NCBI RefSeq assembly: GCF_006345805.1
Contig: NC_043006.1
Location: 28,582,001 to 28,646,000, forward strand
DNA from: Octopus sinensis
Lineage: Eukaryota
Direction of reading: 5' to 3'
Length of the DNA stretch: 64,000 bases
The notes under the pieces were generated by a model. It made no database searches and was not told where the DNA came from. It worked only from the letters and a program-made list of their open reading frames with translations. Shown piece by piece: positions 37,672 to 49,779 of the stretch (positions within the stretch are counted from its first letter, which is position 1; every line of letters begins with the position of its first letter). The position numbers and the translations under genes are program-made.

Positions 37672-37764
37672 TCTGAAAAGAGATGAGAATGCTTTCTGGT
37701 TCAGATCATCAATCTCATCATCATAGTTTTTATATCTCTTTGATGGCAACTTGTTGACTTTCTC
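37672..37764 (-). CDS. LanA: Laminin alpha exon, coiled coil
   Basis: EKVNKLPSKRYKNYDDEIDDLNQKAFSSLFR; strong tttttcccag acceptor and GTAAG donor; phase 0 to 0. Confidence 0.85.
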
Positions 37765-37968
37765 CTGGGAAAAATAGAGATGGAAAGTGTAATGGAGATT
37801 TATTTCACTGACTGAAGGGATCAAAATTAATACAGAAGGATTTACATACATAGTAAAGCAACAGTAGGATCAATATTAATACTGAAGAATTATGTCAAGA
37901 TAGAGCAACAGGAGGGATCAACATTAATATTGAAAGTTTACATTATGGTACAGTAACAGATTTTGTGT

Positions 37969-38228
37969 GGAGAGTCATGGATTAGTGGTTAGGGTGTCAG
38001 CATCATGATCGTAAGGTTGTGGTTTCAATTCCTGGACCGGGCAATGCGTTGTGTTCTTGAGCAAGACACTTCATTTCATGTTGTTTCAGTCCACTCAGCT
38101 GGCAAAAATGAGTAACGCTGCGATGGACTGGCGTCCCGTCCAGCTGGGGAACACATACGCCATTGAAACCGAGAAACTAGGCCCATGAGCTTGGCTAGGC
38201 TTTAAAAGGGCGCATTTATTTATTTATT
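37969..38228 (+). mobile_element. tRNA-derived SINE family D (central domain resembling V/Meta-type SINEs)
   Basis: tagtggttagggtg...ggtttcaattcc head; cttgagcaagacactt and gcgatggactggcgtcccgtccag; degenerate copy ~21800-22060. Confidence 0.7.
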
Positions 38229-38697
38229 AACACATTTTGTAGGCATGGGTAGAAGAGATTTTGGGTGGCACTAGTTCCACTGATATTTTCAAAAGAATCA
38301 TGACTTTAGGCACAACATAGAACATAAGTAACTAAGAAATTTCTGTTTTACAATAAATGAATTAAAATTTTTTTTAGATCATTTAGCATTCGGGTATTTC
38401 TAGATGTGATTAACAGTGTAAATCGGGTGAGATATCTTCTATTTGAAACCGAAACCATATTAAAGACAAAACTTATCAGCAATTGGTGACTCATCAGTCA
38501 CGTTAGAATAAAAAAAGTTGGTAATGTTAAATAATTAATAAATTAATTTATATCCATTAAATCACTCCATTTTCAAACACATTAATTATATATATATATA
38601 TATATAAAGTTAATCCAAACAAGAAAGCACAAAAAAAACACAACAACACGAGAACATGGAACAAATATAGTATTATTGGATGCTCAGGAAAGAAGGA

Positions 38698-38729
<32 letters not shown>

Positions 38730-38738
38730 TGTGTGTGT

Positions 38739-39013
38739 GGAGGCGCAATGGCCCAGTGGTTAGGGCAGCGGACTCGCTGTTGTAGGATCGCGGTTTCGAT
38801 TCCCAGACCGGCTGTTGTGAGTGTTTATTGAGCTCTGGTAGGGGGTGGTGGTGATCCCTGCTGTACTCTTTCACCACAACTTTCTGTCACTCTTTCTTCT
38901 GTTGGCCTGCCCGCTTAGCCAGCGGTGTGGCATCATTTGAAGGCTAAAACAATGTGAAGCGCATTATGACCAGCGATGTTTAGCAACATCTGATAGCCTG
39001 GTCAGTCACGGTG

Positions 39014-39014
<1 letters not shown>
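38739..39014 (+). mobile_element. tRNA-derived SINE family C
   Basis: ggaggcgcaatggcccagtggttagggcagcgg...ggtttcgattccc; copies 46694-47035 and 62429-62737. Confidence 0.85.
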
Positions 39015-39046
<32 letters not shown>

Positions 39047-39492
39047 ATATATATATACGCACACATGTGTATATATATGTATACATACATATATATATGT
39101 GTGTGTATATACACACACATGCATTATGTGGGTGATATTTTCATCCAAGATGTTACAACTGTGTCTGATTCTTCAAGTGCTTCGATTTTGTGTTTGTAAG
39201 CAATGGTTTACCCCATTGTATTGATGCACCACTTTCTATCATTAATAAAAGTGTTGGTATTTTTTATGACATGGGTATGCTAGTTGTACAATATTTCATT
39301 AGAAATTTAATCAAAATTAGCACAATAGTACTACAAAGAATAGTTCTATGTGTTTTATGAATGGTATATCTCTTATTATAAAAGGCAGATTTTATCTGCC
39401 TCCCTTTGGGAGTTATACAAATCTACAATATAGGATTTCTTCAATTACAATTTACCTAGCAATTTTAAGAGTACAATGCATCGCGTCATGCC

Positions 39493-39592
39493 NNNNNNNN
39501 NNNNNNNNNNNNNNNNNNNNNNNNNNNNNNNNNNNNNNNNNNNNNNNNNNNNNNNNNNNNNNNNNNNNNNNNNNNNNNNNNNNNNNNNNNNN
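39493..39592. other. Assembly gap (100 N)
   Basis: N run. Confidence 1.
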
Positions 39593-39835
39593 TGGCCCCG
39601 CTCTCTTTACATTACCCCAAACACATTAAACAGAAACGACCCTATAGGGTTCAAGAAGTCTTTGGACAGATTCCTTCAAGAAATCCCGGATAAACCCTCT
39701 ACACCCGGATATGTCTCTGTAAACAATAACTCTCTACTTGAGTGGGCCATAGTGCCCAAATTCTGACTTGAAAGACTTCACCAGGTGGTGGTATTAAGTT
39801 AGACATGGCCTGGGCCAATAATGGCCGAAACCTAT
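39593..39835 (+). mobile_element. CR1/L2-like LINE 3' end
   Basis: ...GFKKSLDRFLQEIPDKPSTPGY...NNNSLLEW. Confidence 0.75.
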
Positions 39836-39872
39836 CAAAGTGTGTGTGTGTGTGTGTGCATGCGTGCGTGCA

Positions 39873-39916
<44 letters not shown>

Positions 39917-40050
39917 GTATTGGTATCCAGAAGACACAAGGTGGCAGGTAACGCTTTATGGTAAGAGCTATGGAAGGACCATAATTAAACTCACAATTCA
40001 ATAATGATATGAGTGAGGAGTCTAATGCACGTCTTGTATGAGCATGTATA

Positions 40051-40476
40051 TGTTAAATAAAATGAGGCAACAAAGCCAAGGCTGTGCAGAATTTTCAGGA
40101 CATTTATAAGAGAAAGTTAGTATAACAGCTGCTTCTGGGATATTAGGGATATCCCTTAATCAGAGACGATGTGAGATGGTTAAATAGAGGGAAATATTAG
40201 AGTTCAATATAAGAAGTTATTTTGGAAAAGGAAAGAAATATATTTTTATCTCTACATTCATTCCCCTATTTCACTATATACTCCTTATTTCCTTCCTTTT
40301 CCAAAATAACTCCTTATACTGAACTCTAATATCTCCTTCTATTTAACCATCTCAAATTGTCTCTGATGAAGGGATATTCCTAATATCCCAGAAACAGCTG
40401 TAAGACTAACTTGCTCTTTATAAATGTCCTGAAAATTCCACACAGCCTTGGTTTTGTTGTCTCATATTATTTAACA
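40051..40476. mobile_element. Foldback element, ~190-bp arms and ~45-bp spacer, PLE-terminus-like
   Basis: 40051-40240 is the reverse complement of 40286-40476. Confidence 0.9.
40359..40406 (+). ncRNA. Candidate minimal type-I hammerhead ribozyme
   Basis: GTCT-CTGATGA-A-GGGATATT CCT AATATCCC-A-GAAAC-AGCT-GTA-AGAC. Confidence 0.7.
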
Positions 40477-40949
40477 CACGCACACATGTATACACACACA
40501 ACAGGTTTCTTATTTCTTTATTGCCCACAAGGAGCTATACACAGAGGGGACAAACAAGGACAGACAAATGGATTAAGTCTAATATATCGACCACAGTACA
40601 TAACTGGTACTTAATTTATCAACCCTGAAAGGATGAAGGGCAAAGTTGACATCGGCAGAATTTGAACTCAGAACATAACGGCAGACAAAATACCATTAAG
40701 CATGTTGCCCAGCATGCTAACGTTTCTGCCAGCTCGCCACCTTACACACAACAGGTTCCTGTCAACCAAATCCACTCACAAGGCTTTGTTGGCCTAAGGT
40801 TAACCAAAGATATTTGACAAGGCGTCACACAGTGGAACTGAACCTGGATTTATGTGGTTGGGAAGCAAATTACTTACCACACAGTCTGTCTGTACTTCTG
40901 TACATATATGTACAACTGTAAAGACACGTATATATACATATATGCATAT

Positions 40950-41240
40950 ATATACTGCAACAGCCTGGGTTTCAAGGGCCCACAGCTTTTTAATATTCTC
41001 CCAAAGAGTCTGAGGAACTTGCACGAAGTAGATGTAGGAGTTTTTAAATCAAAGCTGGACCTCTTCCTGTCGAGAGTCCTAGATGAGCCTACCTCACGGC
41101 AAGAGGTGCAAATGAGGGTAGCTATATCAAACCCCATTCTTCATCAAGTGCCACATATTAGAGGAGGCTCCTAGTAATAACAGTAGCGCAAAACGGCGGT
41201 GCATCAGCATGGCCGCAGCTCTGAGCTGAAACTTTAAAAA
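40950..41240 (+). mobile_element. CR1/L2-like LINE 3' end with tail
   Basis: NSLGFKGPQLFNILPKSLRNLHEVDVGVFKSKLDLFLSRVLDEP. Confidence 0.85.
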
Positions 41241-41501
41241 AAAGTAAAAATAAAAATATATATATATATATAATTATATATATGAATATATATATAATTA
41301 TATATATGCATATAGACATATATATATATACACATATATACATATATATATTACACACACACACAGACACACACACAAACATAAATTGCTGAGTGAAGCA
41401 GCAAACTCTCATTACTTAGGTGAACATGAAGTCTTAATTGTCTGATATTAGACATCTAACAAGACAAGTAATTATATATATATATAAATTAAGTTACTCA
41501 C

Positions 41502-41642
41502 GGCTGCATCCTTTCCCAGGTACTTTGACCCAATCTTTAGCACATCGATTACAAGAGCTTCCTACATAACCTTCCATACAACGGCACACACCAGTTACAG
41601 GGTCACATGTTCGGGAAACTCCAGTTCTTGCACAAGAACAAC
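41502..41642 (-). CDS. LanA: Laminin alpha exon, last LE before the coiled coil
   Basis: CSCARTGVSRTCDPVTGVCRCMEGYVGSSCNRCAKDWVKVPGKGCS; phase 1 to 1. Confidence 0.95.
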
Positions 41643-42149
41643 CTGACATATAAATAATATTAAATATTATATATTACTTTATAATACATTAAAAGCAGCA
41701 TACAATAACATATTAAATATATATCACTTTATAATACATTAAAAACAAATAAAGTGTTTTATAGTATATTAGATATCGTAAACCCCTTTATGATATACTA
41801 AAGGGAGATTTGTTAGAATTTTTCATTAATTGTAATTGTTTTTATCTTTACACATTTTCTATATAAATCTCTACTGTCCTTTTGTCTGTGTTTAAACAAT
41901 TTTTTCTTATTACATATACGTATTTGTTAAATTTAGACTTATTTTTTCCTTTTTATATTAAAACAAAAATGTAATTCATAATTAAATGTTATAAACAACT
42001 CTATAATACATTTAAGAAAAAAGTAGTTTATAACAATATTAAATATTGTAAAACACTTTATGATATATTAAAATACAAATCACTGAAGGAAATTACTCAA
42101 TGAAAAAAACTGTAGTTATGTATGCTTTATTGATATGCTTTATTGATAT

Positions 42150-43040
42150 GCTTTGTGCATAAAGAAAATTGTAGTAAATACACCTAACACATAGGCAGGC
42201 TGCTCATGCAGAGGTAATGCCACATGCCTACTAAATGGTTAAAGTAATACAGTAATTATCATGTATAATGCAGAAATAGTCTTAAGGAATCCCAGTAAAG
42301 CAATGAATGTACAAATATATGTGAGCACAATGGGATCTTTTCGATTTGAACGGCAGTTTTTTCTAGTGGTGTCATATGAAATTGTCACCCATAATTATGA
42401 CCCTAGTATCGATCTATTGCATTTCAATCTGTTTTAGTGTTAGGGTTAGGGGTGGGGGGAAGGGTATCTTTTTTCTTCAGAAATGTAAATAAATCCAATC
42501 TGTTTCTTAAACAAGGGACATATTCATACGGCACAGAATGTTTTCACCTCAAATACACGTCACTGATTGGCTGAAATTGCAGAAATTGAAGAAAAAAAAC
42601 AACAAATATCTTACAGACTATAGAATTTCCTCAATAAAGCCAAGAGAAAAAGATGTTTTATAAACACATTCTACCAGTTTAAAATTTTTTAGTTACCTAG
42701 AAATTATGTTAAAAACTGCCGTTCAAACCAAAAGGATCTGCACAATGGAAGGCCCCTTCAGAACCAGACTCAATGCTCACATGTTTTTATTTAATATCAG
42801 AGAGAGATGTAAAATCACAATATTGGCAATATATATATATGGAGATTGAAAGAAAATGTTGCACAATATAACATCAAATGGAGACTGTTGGAAAAGAGCA
42901 AACTTTACCTCTATGGTAGTAGGAGGTGTGGACTCTATTTAGCAGAGAAAAGAATCATATTGAATTCCCTGCACTCAGGGGCCTACCTGAACTTTAAGTC
43001 TAGTACACCCTATATATATGGGTTAGCGCTTCTCTCACCA
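42150..43040 (+). mobile_element. Penelope-like GIY-YIG fragment interrupted by a MITE
   Basis: CSCRGNATCLLNG...YVSTM|EGPFRTRLNAH...YNIKWRLLEKSKLYLYGSRRCGLYLAEKRII. Confidence 0.8.
42333..42739. mobile_element. MITE with ~28-bp TIRs and 8-bp TSD (hAT/Merlin-type target size)
   Basis: TIR ggatcttttcgatttgaacggcagttttt / aaaaactgccgttcaaaccaaaaggatct; TSD GCACAATG at 42325-42332 and 42740-42747. Confidence 0.9.
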
Positions 43041-43654
43041 TAAACAAGGAGTTAATTCCTCCCCCACACACAGCTTATATATATATACGCACTTGCACAC
43101 ATGCATATACACAATCACAATCACTTCTCTCCTAATTTGTTCCCCTACCTCTCTGCTACACCTCCCTATTTCTCTCTAACCCCAACTCACCCTCTCCACC
43201 TCATTTCTCCCCAGCGCTTCACCTAACAATCAAATATCACATAAAACTGAAGCAGACATTTTGTCACCTGTATGCTGACATGAAAATCACTGGCTAAAAA
43301 GAGGCAAATCAAAGGGACATAACTTTGATATGCTTCAGCTACAACTTTGTTCTTTTTTTTTCTTTCAATCATCTTTCTATGTGTTCTTTCATCCATGATT
43401 TTCATTTTGTCTTGTTTTCCAATAACTCTGAGACTCATAAACAGGATGTGGCATTTTTATGCTTCCAATAGGAAAGTGCCCAGGCCATGCTTTTCTATTC
43501 AGTCATGTTTGATGATTGTTAATTTACCTCTCCAATTCTTGAAGGTTACTGGCATGAAACCATTCAGTAACATTAATTAGCTGCTATGAGACTATTATAA
43601 TAGTAATAATAATAATAATGATGACGCCGCTGCCGATTATCCTTAGTAGTAGTT

Positions 43655-43693
<39 letters not shown>

Positions 43694-43823
43694 TCATTAT
43701 TATTATCATCATATATTTCATGTACATATACAGAGGCAGATAGCAAGAGTGTAGGAAGATATGAAATTGGAAACAAGCAAAAAGTCTCTCCTTTGAATAA
43801 GAATTAAAGAAATATCTACTTAC

Positions 43824-44004
43824 GTTTACAACCGTTTGGACCATAATCCCAGTAGCCATCTAGACAGCGGTCACACTTACGTCCACCAGCACCTGGCTCA
43901 CATCGGCACTGTCCAGTCATGTCATCACATGAATCGGAACGAGAAGCAAGACCACAATCACAACTCTTGCAGCCGTTGCAGTCTTTGAAACCATAATGAT
44001 TTGG
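43824..44004 (-). CDS. LanA: Laminin alpha exon, LE
   Basis: PNHYGFKDCNGCKSCDCGLASRSDSCDDMTGQCRCEPGAGGRKCDRCLDGYWDYGPNGCK; phase 0 to 1. Confidence 0.95.
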
Positions 44005-44082
44005 CTGTCAATTCGAAAATAAAGCAAAGAAATTTGTATGTCTGCCTGTATGTAGGTATGTACATACATAAGTACATATGCA

Positions 44083-44283
44083 GGAGGACTCAAACAACAT
44101 GCAAAGGTACATGAAGCCCAGTTACAACTACGGCCAGCTATTACCGGTAAAGGTTTTAGTTGCCAATTCTGTACAAGACATTGTAGATCTTTAGCTGGGC
44201 TAAAAAGTCACATTCGATCACAGCACCAGTAACAGTTAAACTTCATGCAATAGCCATACTCGATAACGAGGGGGCAGCCATAA
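44083..44283 (+). mobile_element. Non-LTR retrotransposon 3' end with C2H2-type finger (RTE-like)
   Basis: CQFCTRHCRSLAGLKSHIRSQH* followed by a ctcgataacgag hairpin tail. Confidence 0.65.
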
Positions 44284-45006
44284 CATATGCATGTATGTAT
44301 ATATGTACCTATATACAGACTCTATGTTGACTGGTGATACAGTATGGGCAAATTTTCGAAATCCAATGAATCTTTATACATTTATACAGTTAGGAAATTT
44401 CACAAATACACTTTCTCAGGGAGATAAGATATACCTATTATAATGGGTAATACTACATGTACTTTTCATATTTTTTATAGTGTGATGTAATTCTATGGAA
44501 TAACAATGCAGCTGAAGAGAGCTTTAAACCATCTTTTATATTAATAATACACTGATGTAAGAACGGATTGTTTATAAAGCTTGAAACACATGTACCACGA
44601 TATCCTTTGTGTTCTGTTTTTAATTTAATTTTATTTGATATGTACATATATAGGTACATATTATGTATGTATGCATGCATGTGTGAATGGTTGTATGTAT
44701 ATATATGTCTATGTGTAAATATATGCATGAATGTATATGCATGTGTGTATATGTATAACATGATCTACATCATATACATCATAGATGTACTAGTAATTAC
44801 CATGATGAGGATTAACCAACTATCTCCCATACTAACAACTTAATGTATACCACAAGATTTAAAGTTTACACATCTATTTAATCCATACTAACACGAAGAC
44901 ATACATAACAATTATATAAACATACATGTGAATGTCTGTGTGTGTGTACATGTATGTATGCATGTGTATATGTATGCATGTACATAAATATATATATAAC
45001 ACTTAC

Positions 45007-45107
45007 CAAGCATCTGTTACATTTCTTCCCAACAACATTAGGCTTGCAGTAGCAGAAACCAAATGTATCATCACACTTAGAAGTACCACAGGTATCACAA
45101 GTACACC
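45007..45107 (-). CDS. LanA: Laminin alpha exon, LE
   Basis: CTCDTCGTSKCDDTFGFCYCKPNVVGKKCNRCL; phase 1 to 0. Confidence 0.95.
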
Positions 45108-45759
45108 CTGCAATCAATCAAAAAAATTTTATAGTATTTAGATTAATTAAAATTGATGTCTAGTGAATATAAAAAATTCTCTTACATATATACACATATA
45201 GTGTACACATATACTGGGATATACCCTCAAAGCCTGAGTGGGATTGCAGTAGAGAGGGATCTGGATTTATGCCAGGTTTTAAGAAACTCAAGTACAATAG
45301 AGGCACAGGTGTCTCCAAGGTTATAGCTAAAGATGCTTGCCCAGCATGCTGTGCAATGGTATTGAACCCAAAACTACTGCAATGAGTAACAGAAGGAGTA
45401 ATTGCAGAAACATGAAACTAATTTAAAATCTACCTCCAGATTGAACAAAGTTTAGTAAGTGGATTTGGTAGATGGTAACTGAAAGAAGCCTATAATGTGT
45501 GTGTGTGTGAGTGTGTGTGAGAGAGAGAGAGAGAGAGAAAGAGAGAATGTGTCGTGTGTGTGTCTTCGTTTTGACATCAAGTGATAGTTGTAAGTACCAT
45601 TTTCATGTAAGTTGTGTCATTCTTTTCCAATCTTCAATGCAAACATATCCAGACAGGGGGGAATTTTACCTTGCTTGGAAACTGGCTGTAGAAAATCTGC
45701 TTCAACAAATTCTATCTTAATCATGCAAGCATGGGAAAGTGGATATTAAGATGATGATG

Positions 45760-45812
<53 letters not shown>

Positions 45813-46353
45813 AGGGGTATATATGTATAGATGCATATATATGTATGTATGTTAATCTTGATATCAAATGATACGTATAAATAAATGCCACTGTCATAGA
45901 AACAGTATAATTTGTTTCCAGTCTTCTATGAAAAAACATGTCTGGCCAAGGGAAAATATTGGCTTGCTTAGAAACATTCATTTCTGAGATCCAATGCCTA
46001 TTTCTTTACTATCCACAAGGGGCTAAACACAGAGAGGACAAACAAGGACAGACAAATGGATTAAGTAGGTTACATCGACCCCAGTGCATAACTGGTACTT
46101 AATTTATCGACCCCGAAAGGATGAAAGGCAAAACTCAGAACGTAGCGGCAGATGAAATACTGCTAAGCATTTCGCCCGGTATGCTAACAATTCTGCCAGC
46201 TCACCGCCTTAAGATCCGATACCACAGAAGAATGTGGTCAGTGTAGGTTCAATCATATGTATGTCAGGAATATACAATAGCTGAGTTCACCTCAAAAACT
46301 CTACACAAGCTACTCTTACAAAAAGAAATAAATTAATGAATTAACAAACTTAC

Positions 46354-46565
46354 TTGTACAGTTCTTCGCCATAACTGGATCACCAAACCATCCTTCCTTA
46401 CATATGTTGCAATTTTTGCCAGCAGAATTATTTGTGCAGTTTCTACATTCTCCTGTTTTTTTATCACAGCTGTTAGGATTATTGAGATCGATGTTATCAC
46501 TACACTGGCAGGGTTGGCATGATCCACCAATCTTCAGTGGATCTCCATAGTATCCTGGAGAACAT
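46354..46565 (-). CDS. LanA: Laminin alpha exon, LE
   Basis: CSPGYYGDPLKIGGSCQPCQCSDNIDLNNPNSCDKKTGECRNC...GWFGDPVMAKNCT; phase 2 to 1. Confidence 0.95.
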
Positions 46566-47300
46566 CTTCAATAAAAGATGGTAACAGTTAATTTTTCTTA
46601 TGAAAATCTAAAATTCATACAATAAGTGCAATATAAAAAAATATGACCATCTTTTAAATTTTTGTCCCTCATACTTCAGACACCAGCAGCAGTGGAGGCA
46701 CAATGGCCCAATGGTTAGGGCAGCGGATTGCGGTCGGAGGATTGCAGTTTCAATTCCCAGACTGGGCGTTGTGTGTGTTTATTGAGCAAAAACACCTAAA
46801 GCTCCACGAGGCTCCGGCGGGGGAGGGGACCCCTGTTGTACTCTTTCGCTCCAACTTTCTCTCACTCTTTCTTCTTGTTTCTTGTCCCCGACTTCCTACG
46901 CAACCGCTGAGCCTGGATGTGCATTCATCCATCCGTCAATGCTCTCGGTGTCGGGGTTGACCTGCTTTCTCTTCTGCGGGTCTTACGAATAGCAAGATCT
47001 TGCGAGCTCTGGGACGAAGAACGCATCTCTCACTCAACACCAGCAGCAGAAGTGTCTGAAGCATAGACATGTTATATTTTCATTTGCATAATCATAATTC
47101 AGGCATTATCACATTGTTACTGTTAAAATTTCCTCAGTTCACTTATAAGTTTGTATCTAATTACAAAAGAAACCTTACAACTATTCTGAATGTCTGATAA
47201 ATTCCTGTGATATCCCTAATTGACTTGCATCATCCCAGTTTAGAAGCATTTGTTGTTCCAACACAAACAACAATTAACATTGCTGAAATAGTTCACTTAC

Positions 47301-47387
47301 TTGTCACATTTTGCACCTCTGTATCCCTCTCTACATGAGCAGAAACTGGTGTCACCGCGAGAATTAGTAACACAATTTTTGGCAAAG
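47301..47387 (-). CDS. LanA: Laminin alpha exon, LE (contains RGD)
   Basis: FAKNCVTNSRGDTSFCSCREGYRGAKCDK; phase 2 to 2. Confidence 0.95.
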
Positions 47388-49449
47388 CTGCAAAAGTTTA
47401 AAAAAACAATCAAAATATATATTTAAAACAAGGATATATATATAAATGAAAATCAAATGGAAATTGTAGTTAAGATACCTGTGCTGGTGACACATAAAAA
47501 GCACCGTCCGAACATGGCAGATGCCAGCGCCACCTGACTGGCATCTGTGTCGGTGACACCTAAAAGCACCAACCAATGACCTTGGCCATTTGCCAGCCTT
47601 CTCTGGCCCCTGTGCCAGTGGCACGTAAAAAGCACCCACTACACTCACAGAGTGGTTGGCATTAGGAAGGGCATCCAGCTGTAGAAACACTGCCAGATCA
47701 GACTGGAGCCTGGTGCAGCCTCCTGGCTTCCCAGACCCTGGTCGAACCATCCAACCCATGCTAGCATGGAAAAAGGATGTTAAACGATGATGATGATGAT
47801 ATATATATAAATTAATTAGAGGATAAATTAACCTCTTAAAGGGATGATTACATCCAAAAAAACATTGGTTCTATACCTAATAACTTGGAGAAATAAAATT
47901 TCCCTAAATTAATAGGTATATATTAAGCATATAATCCATATTCAATACCAGAAGACTAAATATATGGAGTTATTATATATTTATTTTTGTGTGTGCATGA
48001 ATTACTACTATTTAACACTATTAAATTGAAGGTTATAATGCATATATATATATATATGCTTTATGTATGTACTTATGTGCATGGAAACACTGCCAGATTT
48101 GACTGGGCCTGATGAAGACCCCAGTAGAACCGTCCAACACATGCTAGCATGGAAAACGGATGCTAAACGATGATGATGATGATGATGAATTATTACTGTA
48201 AGTCTTTTATTACTATATAATTCAGCACACATGTATATATTGAGATACCGTTATGATTAAATATTTTCTTGAAATGCTTAACCGCATGTAAACTAATTTA
48301 AGTTTCTCCAACCAATAGATACTAATTAATACACAGAGTCTGCATATTAATCTTTTCTTTATATATACATACATACGTGCATATGTGTGTGTGTGTGTGT
48401 GTGGTGTATGTATGTATAAGTGTTTATGTATGTATATATGTACATTTTTATGCATATTTTTATGTTTATCTGTATGTACATATTTATCTATATATATATA
48501 TTCTATTCCATCCTATTTTATTTTTGTTCTATTTTTATTTATTTATTTTATTTTACCTTGTTTATTTTTATATCTTTTATTTTTATTGTATTTTACTTTT
48601 TATTTTTATTTTATTCAACCTTGTTATTTTTTATACTTTATTTTTCCTTATTTTCAAATTAATCTGTTAACCCTCACACACACACAAATAAAAATAAAAT
48701 AATTCCATATATTTAGTCTGTTGGTATGAACTAAATGGTCAACATGTAATCTTTTAATGTATGTCTTTTTCCCTGATGATATTTTGCTCATATCTTATAA
48801 AAGCAAATTTAAAGCATAAATTTGTAATTTACTTAATGAGCACAAATGGAAACAGCTGTGGGAAGTAAGATTTATCAATTTATTAATAAATAGTTATTAA
48901 CTTTCAACTCTCCATTATATTTTCCTGATTCCTTTTATACTTGATTCATTTTATTTGTGATACAAATAAAATGAACCAAGTATCTATCATATTTTTTCTT
49001 CTCCATTTTCTTTTATTAACTTTATAATTTATTAGAACGTTTATATATATATATTGAGGAAATGTCTTTCAATATATTTGATAAAGCTAGTTGGTATCTG
49101 GATTGTTATTAACAGGAAAGTTGGCTGGATAAGTTCATAGGAATGTGAAAGAAGAAAGCAGATGGTTAGAGATAGGGGTTGACATGTAAACTGAACTGTG
49201 GTTGATAGTAAATATCAATATTGGTGGAGGGAAGGTGAAAGAATAGGAGTGGTCCAGGAGGGAAGGGGTGATAACTGGTAGCATGGAAAGTTAGAGAGCA
49301 GAAAAACCACAGATTGCAGCACAAGCGAAATAACCATGAAATCTTTCAGGTGTTAACCATTGAGTAATTTTAAATGCACTGTTGAGGATTTTATCAAGCG
49401 CATATGTGTGTGTGTGTGTGTGTATGTGTGTAATAAACATTGCACCTAC

Positions 49450-49568
49450 TTATTTGAAGCAACTGGCATAGGGCAGGCACAGATTGCACAAACCCCATTG
49501 GCTGGATCTCCAGAATAACCTGGTTTACACTTCTCACAATAAAATCCTGTGGTGTTGTCCTGGCAGTC
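49450..49568 (-). CDS. LanA: Laminin alpha exon, LE
   Basis: DCQDNTTGFYCEKCKPGYSGDPANGVCAICACPMPVASNN; phase 0 to 2. Confidence 0.95.
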
Positions 49569-49779
49569 CTGTTGTGGAAGAAAGAAAAACAAAATAAATA
49601 AAATTAAAATAATAATGTTTTGCTTTACTTGCCACTAGGGCAATAGCGAAGGGGACATTGCAGGGAGAATTTACAAAAACGTGGGGGGGGGGGGGTGGCA
49701 AGTATTGAATTTATTTTGAAGAAACAGATAAAGGAAAAAAAAAAACAACAGCAATATAGAAAAAGATGGAAATGTCTCA

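Noticed and set aside
38476-38502. gtgactcatcagtcac palindrome containing CTGATGA on the minus strand
   Set aside because: No GAAA or stem III follows.
39130-39492. Candidate for the missing laminin exon next to the gap
   Set aside because: The minus frames I translated contain stops, with no C-x-x-C start and no matching splice sites. It may be a decayed transposon, but I cannot assign it.
41650-42080. Recurrent ttataatacattaaaa motifs
   Set aside because: Very AT-rich, irregular period; no structure or function could be supported.
42436-42460. Interstitial telomere
   Set aside because: Only about two TTAGGG units, inside a MITE.
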